This document shows, one piece after another, positions 1-11,536 of a stretch of 64,000 nucleotides of DNA. Made by a program: the position numbers and the translations under genes. The DNA lies in assembly GCA_949283025.1 (NCBI GenBank), contig CASDRB010000012.1, forward strand, positions 197,384-261,383, in the 5' to 3' direction. Source of the DNA: an uncultured bacterium (GTDB taxonomy: Bacteria > Bacillota_I > Bacilli_A > RFN20 > CAG-826). The number at the start of each line of letters is the position of its first letter. Position 1 is the first letter of the stretch. Under the pieces are notes generated by a model. It did no database searches. It was not told the origin of the DNA and saw only the letters and a program-made list of their open reading frames with translations.

Positions 1-407
1 AGCCCGACCAATGCAGCGTCTTTAATTATTTGAGTCATCTCGTCTTTACTTAACTTTTTTATTTCCTCATCGCTTCTTGTTGTACAAGATGAATCTAATG
101 TCTCTAAAAAATCATTTTTGATTTTAATAAAATCAGTCAATTTTCCGTTTCGATGATAATGTTTTTCTAAACCGACAAATGTACCAGAAACTGTAGCATG
201 AATAGGCTGATCAAAAAAAGCGGCATGCCTAATACCAATAACTTGGCACATATTAACATGATCGCCCTCTTTTATGAAAAGTTCGGCCTTGTTGCAACGA
301 GCGTTTGTCATTGCTAAATAAACATATTCGGGATGAACGAAACGTATTGTCGGCATTGCTCCTAATAATTTTTTTGTGTCTGCTATGTGATTAACTTTAG
401 CAATCAT
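1..407 (-). CDS. rnfC: Electron transport complex RnfC/RsxC-like subunit, 5' part (runs off window)
   Basis: Manual translation from ATG at 407: MIAKVNHIADTKKLLGAMPTIRFVHPEYVYLAM...IKEGDHVNMCQVIG...PIHATVSGTFVG...IIKDAALVG. Matches the RnfC N-terminal pattern (VKxGDxV...PxHAxVSGxV...IxxAGIVG). Not in the ORF track. Confidence 0.75.
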   Translation of the reverse strand, partial: MIAKVNHIADTKKLLGAMPTIRFVHPEYVYLAMTNARCNKAELFIKEGDHVNMCQVIGIRHAAFFDQPIHATVSGTFVGLEKHYHRNGKLTDFIKIKNDFLETLDSSCTTRSDEEIKKLSKDEMTQIIKDAALVG

Positions 408-505
408 ACAATATTATTATCTAAACTTTTTATTTCATAATCAACAACAAAAATAAATAAACGAACACTCGTTCATTATTGTTATAACGAAATCTTTTTT
501 ATTAG

Positions 506-2212
506 TTATAAATTGCGATTTGCTTCTTCTTCTAAAATACGATAAGCGACTTTTCCAACCAAAGTTTTTGGAAGCTCGTCTTTAAATTCTATATCATAAG
601 GCATCGCGTATTTAGCAACATGTTTTTTTAAATAAGTTAAGATGTCTTTTTTTAACTCGTCGCTAGGTTTATAACCATTTTTTAACATGATATACGCTTT
701 AACTTTTTGCATCTTAACTGGATCTTTAACGCCGATAACGCATGACATTTGCACAGCATCGTGGGCATCGATAATATTTTCAATTTGGCTAGGATAAACA
801 TTATATCCGTTGGTAATAATCATTCTTTTTAATCTTTGAACAAAATAAACATATCCGTCTTCATCCATATAACCAATATCACCAGTATGAACATACGTTA
901 AACCATCGCTATGAACTTTTAATGTCTCGTCAGTTTCTTTTTGATTATCTAAATATCCTTTCATAACTGTTGGTCCAGCCAAACAAATTTCTCCTTGCTG
1001 ATTTGTTGGAAGTATTTCATCAGTTCCAGGTTTACAAATGCGATAAACCATGTCAGGTAATGGAACACCTATGCTGCCTTCTTTTTCTTTAACAACAGGG
1101 GTAAGACAAGATGCAGTAACACATTCGGTAGTGCCATATCCTTCTCTAACATTAATTTTGCAGCCATGTTCATGCAAAAATTTGTCAAAACGTCTTTTTA
1201 ATTCTATAGACAAAGTGTCTCCGCCAGAATAAACGCCTTTTAAAGAAGAAAGATTGGCTTTCTGCAAATATTTAGTCCTCATCATCGCTTCAAATAAGCT
1301 TGGAACACCCGCGATAAAATTGGGGTGGGAAGACTTGATTAATTTAGAATAAGATTTAGCAGTAAATCTTGGAACTAAAGCACATGTTCCTCCTTGGCTT
1401 AACATCGTGTGGATAGCGATACCTAATCCAAAACCATGAAAAATAGGCATGACCGCCAAAAATACATCGCCAGGTTTAAAGCTTTTATTCATTTCTAAAA
1501 TTTGATCAGATAAGGCATTAAAATTTAAATTAGTTAGCAATATTCCTTTATTGGTACCGGTGGTTCCACCGCTATACAAAATAGCGGAAACATCGTCTTT
1601 GTCCATTTTGGGGAATGAATATCCGCCAATATTATTTTTTCCTTTATAAAAATCTTTCCAAAAAATAACCGGCTCGCTTGAATCTATTTTTTTAATCTTT
1701 CGACCTAGCGTTAAATCATATAATGGTTTTTTCCAATGTGGCAAACCATCTCGAACAGATGCAATAATTGTATACTGTAAATATTTTAATCGGGATCGAA
1801 TATTTTTTATCTTGCCATAAAACGAGTCTAAAATTAACAGCCCAACCGATTTAGAAAAATTTAAATAAAACTCAATTTCGCCTTCGCTAGATAAAGGATG
1901 AATCATGTTAGCGACTGCACCAATTTTATTAAGTGCGTAAAACATCATAATTCCTTGTGGAGAATTAGGCATTGCAATCGTGACGCGATCACCTTTTTTT
2001 ATGCCTAGATTTATTAAAGCATAGGCGGTTTCTAAAATTTGTCTTTTAAATATTTTATACTTAACTTTTTTGCCCATGAATTCATAGGCGATAATATTTG
2101 GGTAACGATTAGCAGCTCTTTCTACCATTTCAGAAAATGAGCCTTCAAAATAAGGCAAAGTTTCTCGGGCATCTCCATATGCCTTCAGCCAGGGTTTTTC
2201 AATATTATTCAT
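506..2212 (-). CDS. Long-chain fatty-acid--CoA ligase (AMP-binding family)
   Basis: YSGGTTGTNKG, EGYGTTE, HTGDIG and PKTLVGK adenylate-forming motifs. Confidence 0.9.
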   Translation of the reverse strand: MNNIEKPWLKAYGDARETLPYFEGSFSEMVERAANRYPNIIAYEFMGKKVKYKIFKRQILETAYALINLGIKKGDRVTIAMPNSPQGIMMFYALNKIGAVANMIHPLSSEGEIEFYLNFSKSVGLLILDSFYGKIKNIRSRLKYLQYTIIASVRDGLPHWKKPLYDLTLGRKIKKIDSSEPVIFWKDFYKGKNNIGGYSFPKMDKDDVSAILYSGGTTGTNKGILLTNLNFNALSDQILEMNKSFKPGDVFLAVMPIFHGFGLGIAIHTMLSQGGTCALVPRFTAKSYSKLIKSSHPNFIAGVPSLFEAMMRTKYLQKANLSSLKGVYSGGDTLSIELKRRFDKFLHEHGCKINVREGYGTTECVTASCLTPVVKEKEGSIGVPLPDMVYRICKPGTDEILPTNQQGEICLAGPTVMKGYLDNQKETDETLKVHSDGLTYVHTGDIGYMDEDGYVYFVQRLKRMIITNGYNVYPSQIENIIDAHDAVQMSCVIGVKDPVKMQKVKAYIMLKNGYKPSDELKKDILTYLKKHVAKYAMPYDIEFKDELPKTLVGKVAYRILEEEANRNL

Positions 2213-2223
2213 TGTTTTTTCCT

Positions 2224-3552
2224 CTAATCTATTTTTTTAAAGTCCGATGATGGTCTTCCACACAACGGACAAACATAATTATTTGGGATTGTTTCCCCTT
2301 CATAAATATACCCACAAATATTACAACGCCAGTGATGAGTTTGCAAATTGTTTTTATCATTTTTATTGCTTACGCAAACCAATTCATCAATAATGTTGTC
2401 CAATATTTGGTAATCGCTTTCTTTAAGGCTAGATTTGATAGTTAAAGAAGTTGAAATAATGTGGCAATTTTTCATTTTTTCAATGGAATTACTCATAATT
2501 TTTTTAGCTTGTGGGGCCCACGATCCGTTTTCAATTAAAGCAAAAGTTTTATTGGCGATATTATGGTCGATTAAAACATCTAAATATTCGCGCATTTTTG
2601 GAAAAATTCCCATATTGAATGTCGGGGCAATTAAAATGATTTTGTCATAAATAAATGTTTTAGAAAGAGCGATAGAAAAATCTTCTTTATTTAAATTTAT
2701 TATGTCGACATCGACATTTGATTTTTTAATAGTTTCAAATAGATATAACGCGGCTTTTTCACTATGTCCATAAATGGTCGTGTAAACAATTAAAATACCC
2801 TCTTTTTCTTTTTGGTATGTCGACCAAAGTTGATAACAATCAATCAATTCATTAATACGTTTAGTGTGAATTGGTCCATGAAGAGGACATATTGTATCAA
2901 TGTTTAAATTAACAGCTTTTTTTAAAACATTTTGAACTTGTTCACCATACTTCCCAACGATATTTGTATAATAACGTCTTTCTTCAAATTTTAATTCTTT
3001 TAAATCATCATAATCAACGGAATCAATTTTATTTACGACACTAAATGAACCGAATGCATCAGCACTAAATAAAACTTTGCTATAACTATCATAAGACAAA
3101 ATAACTTCTGGCCAATGAACCATTGGTGCATTAATGAAATTTAAAACATGGTTTCCTAAATTTAATTGATCGCCTTCTTTAACAATCGTCTTGTTAATTA
3201 TATTAACATTTGGAAAAAACTGCTTTAAAAATACGAACCCCATGTTAGAAATTACAATATTGACGTTTGGATATTGTTTTAAAATAGCTTCTATTCCCGC
3301 GGTGTGATCTGGTTCTAAATGGTGAATAACAAAATAATCTAAAGGTTTATCGTTTAATACTTTTTTGACATCGACGACAAATTGATCGATTACCGATGCA
3401 TCGCAAGTATCCAATAAAGCTGTCTTGTTATCATTTATGATATATGCATTATAAGACATCCCTTTTGATAAAGGTATTTCGCCTTCAAAAATTCGCTGTT
3501 GGTGGTTGTTAAAATTTAAATAATAGATATCTTTTTTAAATTCTTTAATCAT
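2224..3552 (-). CDS. fprA: Flavodiiron protein (FprA family) with C-terminal rubredoxin-like domain
   Basis: HHLEPDH, HWPE, FSADAFG, CPLHGP motifs; flavodoxin domain; C-terminal CNICG...CPLCG. Confidence 0.88.
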   Translation of the reverse strand: MIKEFKKDIYYLNFNNHQQRIFEGEIPLSKGMSYNAYIINDNKTALLDTCDASVIDQFVVDVKKVLNDKPLDYFVIHHLEPDHTAGIEAILKQYPNVNIVISNMGFVFLKQFFPNVNIINKTIVKEGDQLNLGNHVLNFINAPMVHWPEVILSYDSYSKVLFSADAFGSFSVVNKIDSVDYDDLKELKFEERRYYTNIVGKYGEQVQNVLKKAVNLNIDTICPLHGPIHTKRINELIDCYQLWSTYQKEKEGILIVYTTIYGHSEKAALYLFETIKKSNVDVDIINLNKEDFSIALSKTFIYDKIILIAPTFNMGIFPKMREYLDVLIDHNIANKTFALIENGSWAPQAKKIMSNSIEKMKNCHIISTSLTIKSSLKESDYQILDNIIDELVCVSNKNDKNNLQTHHWRCNICGYIYEGETIPNNYVCPLCGRPSSDFKKID

Positions 3553-4451
3553 AATTGCTCCTTTTCTTTTAAAGTTTTTTTGTTGAATAAAACTAAATCA
3601 AAACAAGTAAAGATTGCTACGCCAATTAATAACCCAAAACTCACATCTGTTAAAAAATGTGCACCGACGAGCATTCTTGAAAATGCAACCAGCAAAATCC
3701 AAATTAAACCAATATAAAATAAAATGGTTTCATATTTGCAGTATTTTTCATTTATTTTTGGCAAATAAACCAAAAAAGGAATCAAAGAAAAAATTGTAGC
3801 GGTATGTCCGGAAGGAAATGATTTAAACTCTTCGGATGCGGCACCCATAGTATTGATATAAGCATCCTTAACCGATGTCCCTGTTTCCCACCAATTGCGA
3901 TAATCGCTCATGGTTGATGCATACGTATATAAAAACCTAAAACGAGGACGACACATAATTCCTTTTGTAATATTAACAACTAAAGTTGCCATTAATAACA
4001 CTAATGGTGCAATTAACAAAATAATGAGCAATTGGCGAATGTTTTCAAAACGAATAAAAAGATGATATCCTAACCAACACCCTAATCCAGCAATTACTAT
4101 GCCGATTGGAATGCCAACATACCAAAACATATCTTGTATGTTAAAAGCATTGACGCTCACAATCATGTCGGCTTGAAAATAAATCGAGGCGACAATGGCG
4201 ATAATTCCTAAAATAATTAATCCTATTCTTGCCCACATATTTTTTTGTTTTAAGCCAATGATAAAATATCCCGCCCCATAGCAAGATAAACCGATATATA
4301 CTGGCAAGCAACCAAATGCAGACATAGCGATTCCAAAGCCGTTGTTAACTGAATAAATGGCTTGGTTAATTTGCAAATCAAAAAAACTGCCAAATACTAT
4401 CCCTAATATTGCAATGCCGAATAACGAAAATAAATGCCACTTATTGCTCAT
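3549..4451 (-). CDS. PAP2-family membrane phosphatase
   Basis: K..RPRF, SFPSGH and SRMLVGAHFLTDV motifs; multiple TM helices; start taken at MSNK. Confidence 0.85.
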   Translation of the reverse strand: MSNKWHLFSLFGIAILGIVFGSFFDLQINQAIYSVNNGFGIAMSAFGCLPVYIGLSCYGAGYFIIGLKQKNMWARIGLIILGIIAIVASIYFQADMIVSVNAFNIQDMFWYVGIPIGIVIAGLGCWLGYHLFIRFENIRQLLIILLIAPLVLLMATLVVNITKGIMCRPRFRFLYTYASTMSDYRNWWETGTSVKDAYINTMGAASEEFKSFPSGHTATIFSLIPFLVYLPKINEKYCKYETILFYIGLIWILLVAFSRMLVGAHFLTDVSFGLLIGVAIFTCFDLVLFNKKTLKEKEQL

Positions 4452-5175
4452 CTTTGATACCTGTTTCACTTAATAGATAATTTTTCTTATTCTTTTTAAT
4501 TTTTTTCATATCTTTTAAAAATTGAATAGATGAAGATGTAATTTTAACTGTTGAAGATGTGTCATTAATCCAAACAACCGGTATTTCTAAAACGGGAATT
4601 TTATTCAATTTCGCATAATATAAATATTCAACATCAAAAGCAAAACCATTAATAATTTGCTTGTTGGCAATATCTTTTGCAATTTCTTTTTTCATCGCTT
4701 TAAAACCACACTGAGTATCTTTATAGTGGAAATGAAATTTGAGATTGACTAAACAGCGGCATACATAACCAATAAACTGACGAATCAGTGGCTGTTTTTG
4801 AGGTAATACTGATTCTTTTAAATGTCTAGATCCGATAATAAAATCATATTGGCTGCATTTATTTCTAACCACCAATAAAGCACTTAAATCAGTTGAAAGA
4901 TCAGCATCCATAAACATGATATAGTCGCCGCTTGCTGCTTTAATACCTTCATTAACAGCGCCACCTTTACCGCGATTAGGTAAATATGAAATTGCTACAA
5001 TTCCATCGATAGACTCAATCACCTTTTTAGTGTCATCTTTAGATCCGTCGTCAACTAAAATAAGTTCATAATTAAAATCGTGTTGTTTTAAAAACGGAAT
5101 TACCTTATTTTCAATATTTTCTTTAATGCACGCTCCTTCATTATAGCAAGGAATAATAATCGATATTTTTTTCAT
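4441..5175 (-). CDS. Glycosyltransferase family 2 (polyprenol-phosphate glycosyltransferase-like)
   Basis: IIIPCYNE, VDDGSKD, NRGKG, MDADLS, DTQCGFK, FAFDVE. Confidence 0.88.
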   Translation of the reverse strand: MKKISIIIPCYNEGACIKENIENKVIPFLKQHDFNYELILVDDGSKDDTKKVIESIDGIVAISYLPNRGKGGAVNEGIKAASGDYIMFMDADLSTDLSALLVVRNKCSQYDFIIGSRHLKESVLPQKQPLIRQFIGYVCRCLVNLKFHFHYKDTQCGFKAMKKEIAKDIANKQIINGFAFDVEYLYYAKLNKIPVLEIPVVWINDTSSTVKITSSSIQFLKDMKKIKKNKKNYLLSETGIKDEQ

Positions 5176-5314
5176 ATTTCTAACCTCACTTTATTATTAG
5201 TGATTTTACTTTTTAAGTAAATAAAAAATATTCATGTTCATAAATTAAATATGCAAATCATGCAAAAAATATAAAAAACTACAATAAAAGAAAAAAATTA
5301 CATACAATAGACGT

Positions 5315-6880
5315 ATGGAAAATAAATTAATTTTGACAATTGACATGGGCACTCAATCGCTTCGTGCTGGTTTGATTGATAAAAAAGGTAATATACAAGC
5401 GATTTCTAGAATCAAATATCCACAAACATATTTTTCTTTAAAACCAGGCTATACCGAACAAGATCCAGATGTTTATTTTAAAGCGCTTTGTCAAGCTACT
5501 AATAAATTATTTAAGGAAAATCCAAATATTGATAAAAACTCAATATTAGCCATATCGATGGGCTCATTTCGAGATTCGGCTGTGATGTGTGATGAAAATA
5601 TGAAGCCAGTAAGACCTGCTATCTTATGGCTAGATCAAAGACAAGCCGAAGCTAAAGAAAAAATATCGTGGTACTCTAAATTTTTATTTGGTATTGTCGG
5701 CAAAACTTCCACTTTAGTATTAAATCGAAAAAGAACACCTGCCCATTGGGTCAAAGAACACGAGCCAGAAATTTGGAATAAAGTCCGTTATTACATGAAT
5801 ACTTCGACATATGTAATATATTGTTTAACAGGCGAATATAAAGATACTGCTAGCGATTACGCAGGACATTTTCCAATTAACTTTAAAAAGAAGAATTTTT
5901 ATAAATCAGATAAACATTTTCAAGGTCAAATTTTTGGAATTAAATTGAATATGTTATGTCAATTAGTTTCGCCCGATTTACCTGTTGGATATGTCAGTGA
6001 AGAAGCCGCAAAATTATCTGGAATTCCTCAAGGCTTAAAAGTTTTTGTTCCTGGCTCAGATAAAGGTTGTGAAGTCTTAGGATTAGGGGCTATTGAAAAA
6101 GATGTAGCTGCTGTATCCTGTGGCACAGCTTCCACTGTTGGTATTATGACTAAACGATATCACACTCCTGAACCTCTGCTTCCTTCTTATCCTGGCGTTG
6201 TGCCTGGATATCATAATTTGGAGTTGCAAATTTATCGTGGCTTTTGGATGTTAGGGTGGTTTGCTCGGGAATTTGCAGAAAAAGAAACAGATGAATCTCA
6301 AACTCATCACATGCATGTTGAAGATGTTTTAAATTCAAAATTAAAAGAGGTGCCGCCAGGTGCTGACGGATTAGTTTTGCAACCTTACTGGGGTCCAGGA
6401 TTAGGACGCCCATTATCAAGAGGTGCAGTTATTGGTTTTTCAGATACTCACACTAAATTACATTTATATCGAGCCATCATTGAAGGTATAGATTATGAGT
6501 TAAAAAGGGCTCTAGAAGTCAATATTGAAAAAAGAGCGCATGTAAAAATTAAAAAAATCAAGATTGCTGGTGGGGCATCACAAAGTGATGAAATATGTCA
6601 AATTGCCGCTGATATTTTCAATTTGCCAACATATAGAGTGCAAACATTTGAAACGTCCAGCCTCGGTGCTGCTATCGCGGCTTTTGTCGCTTTAAAAGAA
6701 TATCCAGATATTCAAACAGCAGTTAAAAATATGGTTAGACAAGGCAAATGTTTTATACCAAATAAAGAAAATGCTAAACAATATGATTTTTTATACAAAC
6801 ATGCTTATAAAAAAATGTATCCAGCATTAAAAGGTATTTATAAAGATATTCGCTTAAATGAATTAAAAAAGAACAATTAA
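5315..6880 (+). CDS. FGGY-family carbohydrate kinase
   Basis: IDMGTQSLRA, WLDQR, AIIEG, GGASQS motifs. Confidence 0.88.
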   Translation: MENKLILTIDMGTQSLRAGLIDKKGNIQAISRIKYPQTYFSLKPGYTEQDPDVYFKALCQATNKLFKENPNIDKNSILAISMGSFRDSAVMCDENMKPVRPAILWLDQRQAEAKEKISWYSKFLFGIVGKTSTLVLNRKRTPAHWVKEHEPEIWNKVRYYMNTSTYVIYCLTGEYKDTASDYAGHFPINFKKKNFYKSDKHFQGQIFGIKLNMLCQLVSPDLPVGYVSEEAAKLSGIPQGLKVFVPGSDKGCEVLGLGAIEKDVAAVSCGTASTVGIMTKRYHTPEPLLPSYPGVVPGYHNLELQIYRGFWMLGWFAREFAEKETDESQTHHMHVEDVLNSKLKEVPPGADGLVLQPYWGPGLGRPLSRGAVIGFSDTHTKLHLYRAIIEGIDYELKRALEVNIEKRAHVKIKKIKIAGGASQSDEICQIAADIFNLPTYRVQTFETSSLGAAIAAFVALKEYPDIQTAVKNMVRQGKCFIPNKENAKQYDFLYKHAYKKMYPALKGIYKDIRLNELKKNN

Positions 6881-6906
6881 GAAGGATTACTTCCTTCTTT
6901 TTTTTA
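6879..6906 (+). terminator. Intrinsic terminator
   Basis: aagaagga-ttact-tccttctt followed by T-run, right after the kinase stop. Confidence 0.7.
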
Positions 6907-6951
6907 TAAAACAATTGAATTATTTTATCTTATTTTGTATCATACTCGCGT

Positions 6952-7428
6952 ATGAAAAAAATGATTATTATGAGCGCGGCTCCAGGATGTGGAAAATCGA
7001 CGTGGGCACATAAATATCAAAATAGTCATCCAAACACTTATATAATTTCAAGCGACGAAATTCGTTTTGAATTAACAGGTCAATATCAAGATTTTTCTAA
7101 ACAAACATTAGTGTGGGAAATTTTTGAAAAAAGAATTTTAGAATTTTCAAAAAGAAATGAAGATTTGACAATAATCCTAGACGCTGTCATTGATTTAAAT
7201 TCTTTGCGAGTAAAGTATTTCAATTTAGGAAAAGATTATGATAGACGTATTCTTGTTGTCTTAAAAAAACCATTAGAAGATATATTAAAATACAATCATC
7301 AAAGAGAAAAAGAAAAATGGGTTCCTGAAGATATTGTTAAAATTTTATATAACAAATTTGAAGAACCGAGCAAAGAAGTTTTAGACTTATTCGATGAATA
7401 CTATTATATAAATTATTATTTCAATTAA
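6952..7428 (+). CDS. AAA_33-like P-loop kinase
   Basis: APGCGKST Walker A, ISSDEIR, ILDA. Confidence 0.75.
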   Translation: MKKMIIMSAAPGCGKSTWAHKYQNSHPNTYIISSDEIRFELTGQYQDFSKQTLVWEIFEKRILEFSKRNEDLTIILDAVIDLNSLRVKYFNLGKDYDRRILVVLKKPLEDILKYNHQREKEKWVPEDIVKILYNKFEEPSKEVLDLFDEYYYINYYFN

Positions 7429-7524
7429 TTTATAATATTGTTTTAGCTTTTTATCCAAACTTAATTTTTGCTATTAAATAGCATTTTTTTAATGTTAAAA
7501 TTAATATAACACGGGAGGAAACAC

Positions 7525-8751
7525 ATGAAAAAATATCTCGAGGAAATCGAAGCTGGTTTTACACCACTTACAATTTGTCAAGAAGCGGCGCGTTGTTTGT
7601 TATGTCATGATGCGCCATGTTCAAAAGAATGTCCGGCTGGAACTGATCCGGGCAAATTTATTCGTTCTGTCCGCTTTAAAAATTACAAAGGAGCAGCAGA
7701 AACAATTAGAGAGAATAATATATTAGGAGCTATTTGCGCTAGAGTATGTCCAACGGAAAAGTATTGTCAAAAAGGCTGTTCAAGATCTGGTATTGATAAA
7801 CCAATCGACATAGGAAGAATCCAACGTTACGTAACAGATTTAGAAGCCTCTTTAAACATGAAAATATTAAAAAAGGGACCATCTAAAAATAAAAAAATTG
7901 CCGTGGTTGGTTCAGGTCCTGGAGGATTATCCATTGCTGGAAATTTATTATTAAAAGGGTATCGTGTAGAAATATATGAAAAAGAAAGCAAATTGGGTGG
8001 ATATTTGCGTTATGGCATTCCATCTTATCGTTTGCCAGAAAAAGTTTTAGATAAGGAAATAAAACGAATAGTAGGTTTAGGTTTAAAAGTTCATCTATCA
8101 ACAAGAATTGGAAAAGATATTACCTTAAAACAACTTTCAGATGAATTTGATGCTGTCGTTATCGCGACAGGTTATAGCCAAGGGAAAGTTTTAAAAGATT
8201 TCGCCAACAATCCTTATGTTGAAACAGCTGTATCGTATTTAAAAAGAATTAAAGAAAATAAAGGCGATGTCGCTGTTGATGACAATATTTTAGTTGTCGG
8301 CGGAGGCGATGTTTCTATGGATATTTGCACATCATTAAAGATGTTGGGCGCTCCAAATGTTACCGCTGTTGTATATGAGGAATTATTTGAATTTAAAGCA
8401 TCTAAAAAAGAATTAGAAGGGGCTAGAGATTTACAAGTAACAATTATTGATGGCTATGTTCCTACAGAGGTCAAAAACAACACCGTTACTTTTGCTCATC
8501 GACGCATACCTAGTCAAATTCGCATCAGTGCTGATAAGATCGTTCTAGCAGTTGGCCAAGTTCCAGATATGGATGATTTAAATATCAAAATGGAAAAAGG
8601 TGAAGTCGTATCCAAAAACTATCGAATCGAAAATAGCAACATATTTGTAGTTGGCGATGTATCAACTAATAAAGAAAAAACAGTCGTTGGTGCGGTTCGT
8701 TCTGCTAAAGAAGCAGGATATTACATCGACAAATATTTAGGAGGTAAATAG
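7525..8751 (+). CDS. preT: NAD-dependent dihydropyrimidine dehydrogenase subunit PreT (GltD-like)
   Basis: [31 protein letters not shown]; adjacent to preA. Confidence 0.88.
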   Translation: MKKYLEEIEAGFTPLTICQEAARCLLCHDAPCSKECPAGTDPGKFIRSVRFKNYKGAAETIRENNILGAICARVCPTEKYCQKGCSRSGIDKPIDIGRIQRYVTDLEASLNMKILKKGPSKNKKIAVVGSGPGGLSIAGNLLLKGYRVEIYEKESKLGGYLRYGIPSYRLPEKVLDKEIKRIVGLGLKVHLSTRIGKDITLKQLSDEFDAVVIATGYSQGKVLKDFANNPYVETAVSYLKRIKENKGDVAVDDNILVVGGGDVSMDICTSLKMLGAPNVTAVVYEELFEFKASKKELEGARDLQVTIIDGYVPTEVKNNTVTFAHRRIPSQIRISADKIVLAVGQVPDMDDLNIKMEKGEVVSKNYRIENSNIFVVGDVSTNKEKTVVGAVRSAKEAGYYIDKYLGGK

Positions 8752-8753
8752 AT

Positions 8754-10001
8754 ATGATTAAAAAAGATTTATCGGTCGCCTTTTTAGGTGTTAAATTTGA
8801 AAATCCATTTTGCTTATCTTCTTCTCCAGTCGGCAATTGTTATGACATGTGTAAAAAAGCATATGACGTCGGATTTGGAGGAGTCGTATTCAAAACTATT
8901 GGGCCAAAATCATATTTCATTGATGAAGTTTCTCCTCGCTTTGATAAAATCGATAAAGAAGACACGCCATTTATTGGCTTTAAAAACATGGAGCAAATTG
9001 CCGAACACCCATTAGAAGAAAATTTAGCTGATTTAACAAGGTTAAAAAAAGAATACCCAAATAAAGTCTTAATTGCTTCAATTATGGGGAATGATGAAAA
9101 AACATGGGAGGATTTGGCAAGGTTAGTTGAAGAAGCTGGCGCTGACATGATTGAAATGAATTTATCCTGTCCACAAATGACTTCTCATGCTATGGGGTCG
9201 GATGTTGGTGCCAATCCTGAATTGTGCAAAAAATATTGTCGAGCTGTTAAAAGAGGTAGCAAATTGCCGATGATGGCTAAAATGACACCAAATATCACCG
9301 ATATGGTTCCAGTGGCATTAGCATGCATGGAAGGTGGTGCCGATGGAATCGCTGCTATCAATACGGTTAAATCTATTTGCAACATTGATTTAAATAAATA
9401 TGTAGGTATGCCAATAATCGATGGCAAATCGTCTATTTCTGGTTATTCCGGAAAAGCAATTAAACCGATTGCCTTAAGATTTATTCAACAAATGAAATCC
9501 GATCCAAGATTAAAAGATGTTGAAATATCCGGTATTGGTGGCATTGAGACTTGGGAAGATGCTGCCGAATTTATTTTGATTGGTTCCACCACTTTGCAAA
9601 TGACAACATCTTGCATGCAATATGGCTATAGAATCGTTGAAGATTTAAAAAACGGCTTGATGCATTATATGGACGAACAAGGTGTAAACAGTTTAAAAGA
9701 ATTAATTGGGTTAGCAAATAATAACATCATTCCTGCCGAACAGTTAAATCGTGATTATATTGTTTATCCAAAAATTGATTTAGATAAATGTGTTGGATGT
9801 GGGCGTTGTTATATTTCTTGTTACGATGGTGCTCATCAAGCTATGGAATGGGATGAAAAAACTAGACGTCCTAATTGCAATCATGATAAATGTGTTGGAT
9901 GTTTACTATGTGGTCACGTTTGCCCAGTTAAAGCTATTTCTTTAGGAGAAATTGTTATAAAAAATGGTCGAAAAACCAAAATAGAAGACATAAAATTATA
10001 A
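8754..10001 (+). CDS. preA: NAD-dependent dihydropyrimidine dehydrogenase subunit PreA
   Basis: [33 protein letters not shown]; two C-terminal 4Fe-4S motifs. Confidence 0.92.
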   Translation: MIKKDLSVAFLGVKFENPFCLSSSPVGNCYDMCKKAYDVGFGGVVFKTIGPKSYFIDEVSPRFDKIDKEDTPFIGFKNMEQIAEHPLEENLADLTRLKKEYPNKVLIASIMGNDEKTWEDLARLVEEAGADMIEMNLSCPQMTSHAMGSDVGANPELCKKYCRAVKRGSKLPMMAKMTPNITDMVPVALACMEGGADGIAAINTVKSICNIDLNKYVGMPIIDGKSSISGYSGKAIKPIALRFIQQMKSDPRLKDVEISGIGGIETWEDAAEFILIGSTTLQMTTSCMQYGYRIVEDLKNGLMHYMDEQGVNSLKELIGLANNNIIPAEQLNRDYIVYPKIDLDKCVGCGRCYISCYDGAHQAMEWDEKTRRPNCNHDKCVGCLLCGHVCPVKAISLGEIVIKNGRKTKIEDIKL

Positions 10002-10009
10002 TCAAAATT

Positions 10010-10041
10010 GGCTGGTTTTATTGCAAAACCAGTCTTTTTTT
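10010..10041 (+). terminator. Intrinsic terminator after preTA
   Basis: ggctggtttt-attgc-aaaaccagtc plus T-run. Confidence 0.75.
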
Positions 10042-10055
10042 GTTTAATTTTTATT

Positions 10056-10295
10056 ATGAAAACAAAATTAGATAAAGAAGATTTGATTTTATTAACGCTA
10101 TCAATCGTCCTTTTTATTGCTAATGCGCTTGTTATAAGTATTGGAGTGTATTTATACCCAGATTTTAATTTACCAAGTTGGTATTTGCTTTTACTTATTT
10201 GTTTTATAGTATTTTTTGTTTTTGCGATTTTATCTTTAATTGTTAAATTATACAATCAGCGAAAAATAAATCATAAAAATAAAAACCAAAAGTAA
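10056..10295 (+). CDS. Small two-TM hypothetical membrane protein
   Basis: MKTKLDKEDL..., two hydrophobic helices and a basic tail; the upstream TTG start lies within the terminator. Confidence 0.55.
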   Translation: MKTKLDKEDLILLTLSIVLFIANALVISIGVYLYPDFNLPSWYLLLLICFIVFFVFAILSLIVKLYNQRKINHKNKNQK

Positions 10296-10342
10296 TTTTG
10301 TAATTGCAATCAAAAATCATTTATTTATAATATGGCTTTGTT

Positions 10343-11536
10343 ATGAAAAATTTTATTTTTGTTTCTCCGAATTTTCCAGATGTTTATTATAAGTTTGTCA
10401 CCGCTTTAAAAAAACAAGGATTTAACGTGTTAGGAATTGGAGATGGCCCATATCATGAGATTCCAAATCAATTGAAACAAGACATTACTGAATATTATTA
10501 TGTTCATTCTTTAATGGATTATAATGCCGTAGAAGAAGCGGTTAGATTTTTTATAAATAAATATGGAGAAATTGATTATTTAGAATCCAATAATGAATTT
10601 TGGTTAATGCAAGATGCTATTTTAAGAGAAAAATTTAATATTAAAAATGGATTAAGACCAAAAGATATGGATGTAATCAAATATAAATCCAAAATGAAGG
10701 AAAAATTTAAAGATGCGGGCGTAAAAGTAGCTAGACATATTATTGTTAGTGACTTAAACGCTTCTTTAAACTTTATCAAAGAAGTAGGTTATCCTGTTTT
10801 TGTCAAACCAGATTGTGGAGTTGGTGCAGAAGACTCATACTCAATCAACAATCAAAACGAATTAGAAGCATTTCATCAGCGAAATTTATCACAACCATAC
10901 ATTATGGAAGAATTTTTAGAAGGAGAAATTATAACTTTTGATGGAATTTGTGATAATCAAAGTAATGTCTTGGTTTCGTTTCATGAACACTTCCCTATTT
11001 CTAATGCTGATGTAGTTAATTTAAATATTGATGATTATTATTATGCCCAATGCCAATTTGACGAGCAATTCAAAGCAATGGGACAACGAGTCGTCAAATC
11101 ATTTAATTTACAAAAAAGATGTTTTCATATTGAGTTTTTTAAATTGTCTAAACCTCGCCCAGGATTAGCTGAATTAGGGGAAATTGTCGCAATTGAAGTT
11201 AATATGCGTCCTCCAGGCGGTAATACTCCTGAATTATTATCGATTGCTTTAAATGCTTCGTTTTATGATTGCTATGCGCAAATTATTGACCATGATTGCA
11301 TCGACGAAGATTTAAGTAAAAATAAATTTATCGCTATATCCGTCGCACGCAAAGATCATTTCAATTATGTACATAATCATGACCAAATTATGTCATTATA
11401 TCAAAATAGTATTGCTGATTATGGTCGATATAGCAAAGAAATTGCCCTTAATATGGGTGATTCATATTATTTTGGACGATTCGATAGTGTTGAACAAGCA
11501 TTAGAATTTCAAAAATTTATTCAGCAAAAATATTAA
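10343..11536 (+). CDS. ATP-grasp domain protein
   Basis: GYPVFVKPDCGVGA, MEEF, FHIEFF, EVNMRPPGG. Confidence 0.85.
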   Translation: MKNFIFVSPNFPDVYYKFVTALKKQGFNVLGIGDGPYHEIPNQLKQDITEYYYVHSLMDYNAVEEAVRFFINKYGEIDYLESNNEFWLMQDAILREKFNIKNGLRPKDMDVIKYKSKMKEKFKDAGVKVARHIIVSDLNASLNFIKEVGYPVFVKPDCGVGAEDSYSINNQNELEAFHQRNLSQPYIMEEFLEGEIITFDGICDNQSNVLVSFHEHFPISNADVVNLNIDDYYYAQCQFDEQFKAMGQRVVKSFNLQKRCFHIEFFKLSKPRPGLAELGEIVAIEVNMRPPGGNTPELLSIALNASFYDCYAQIIDHDCIDEDLSKNKFIAISVARKDHFNYVHNHDQIMSLYQNSIADYGRYSKEIALNMGDSYYFGRFDSVEQALEFQKFIQQKY

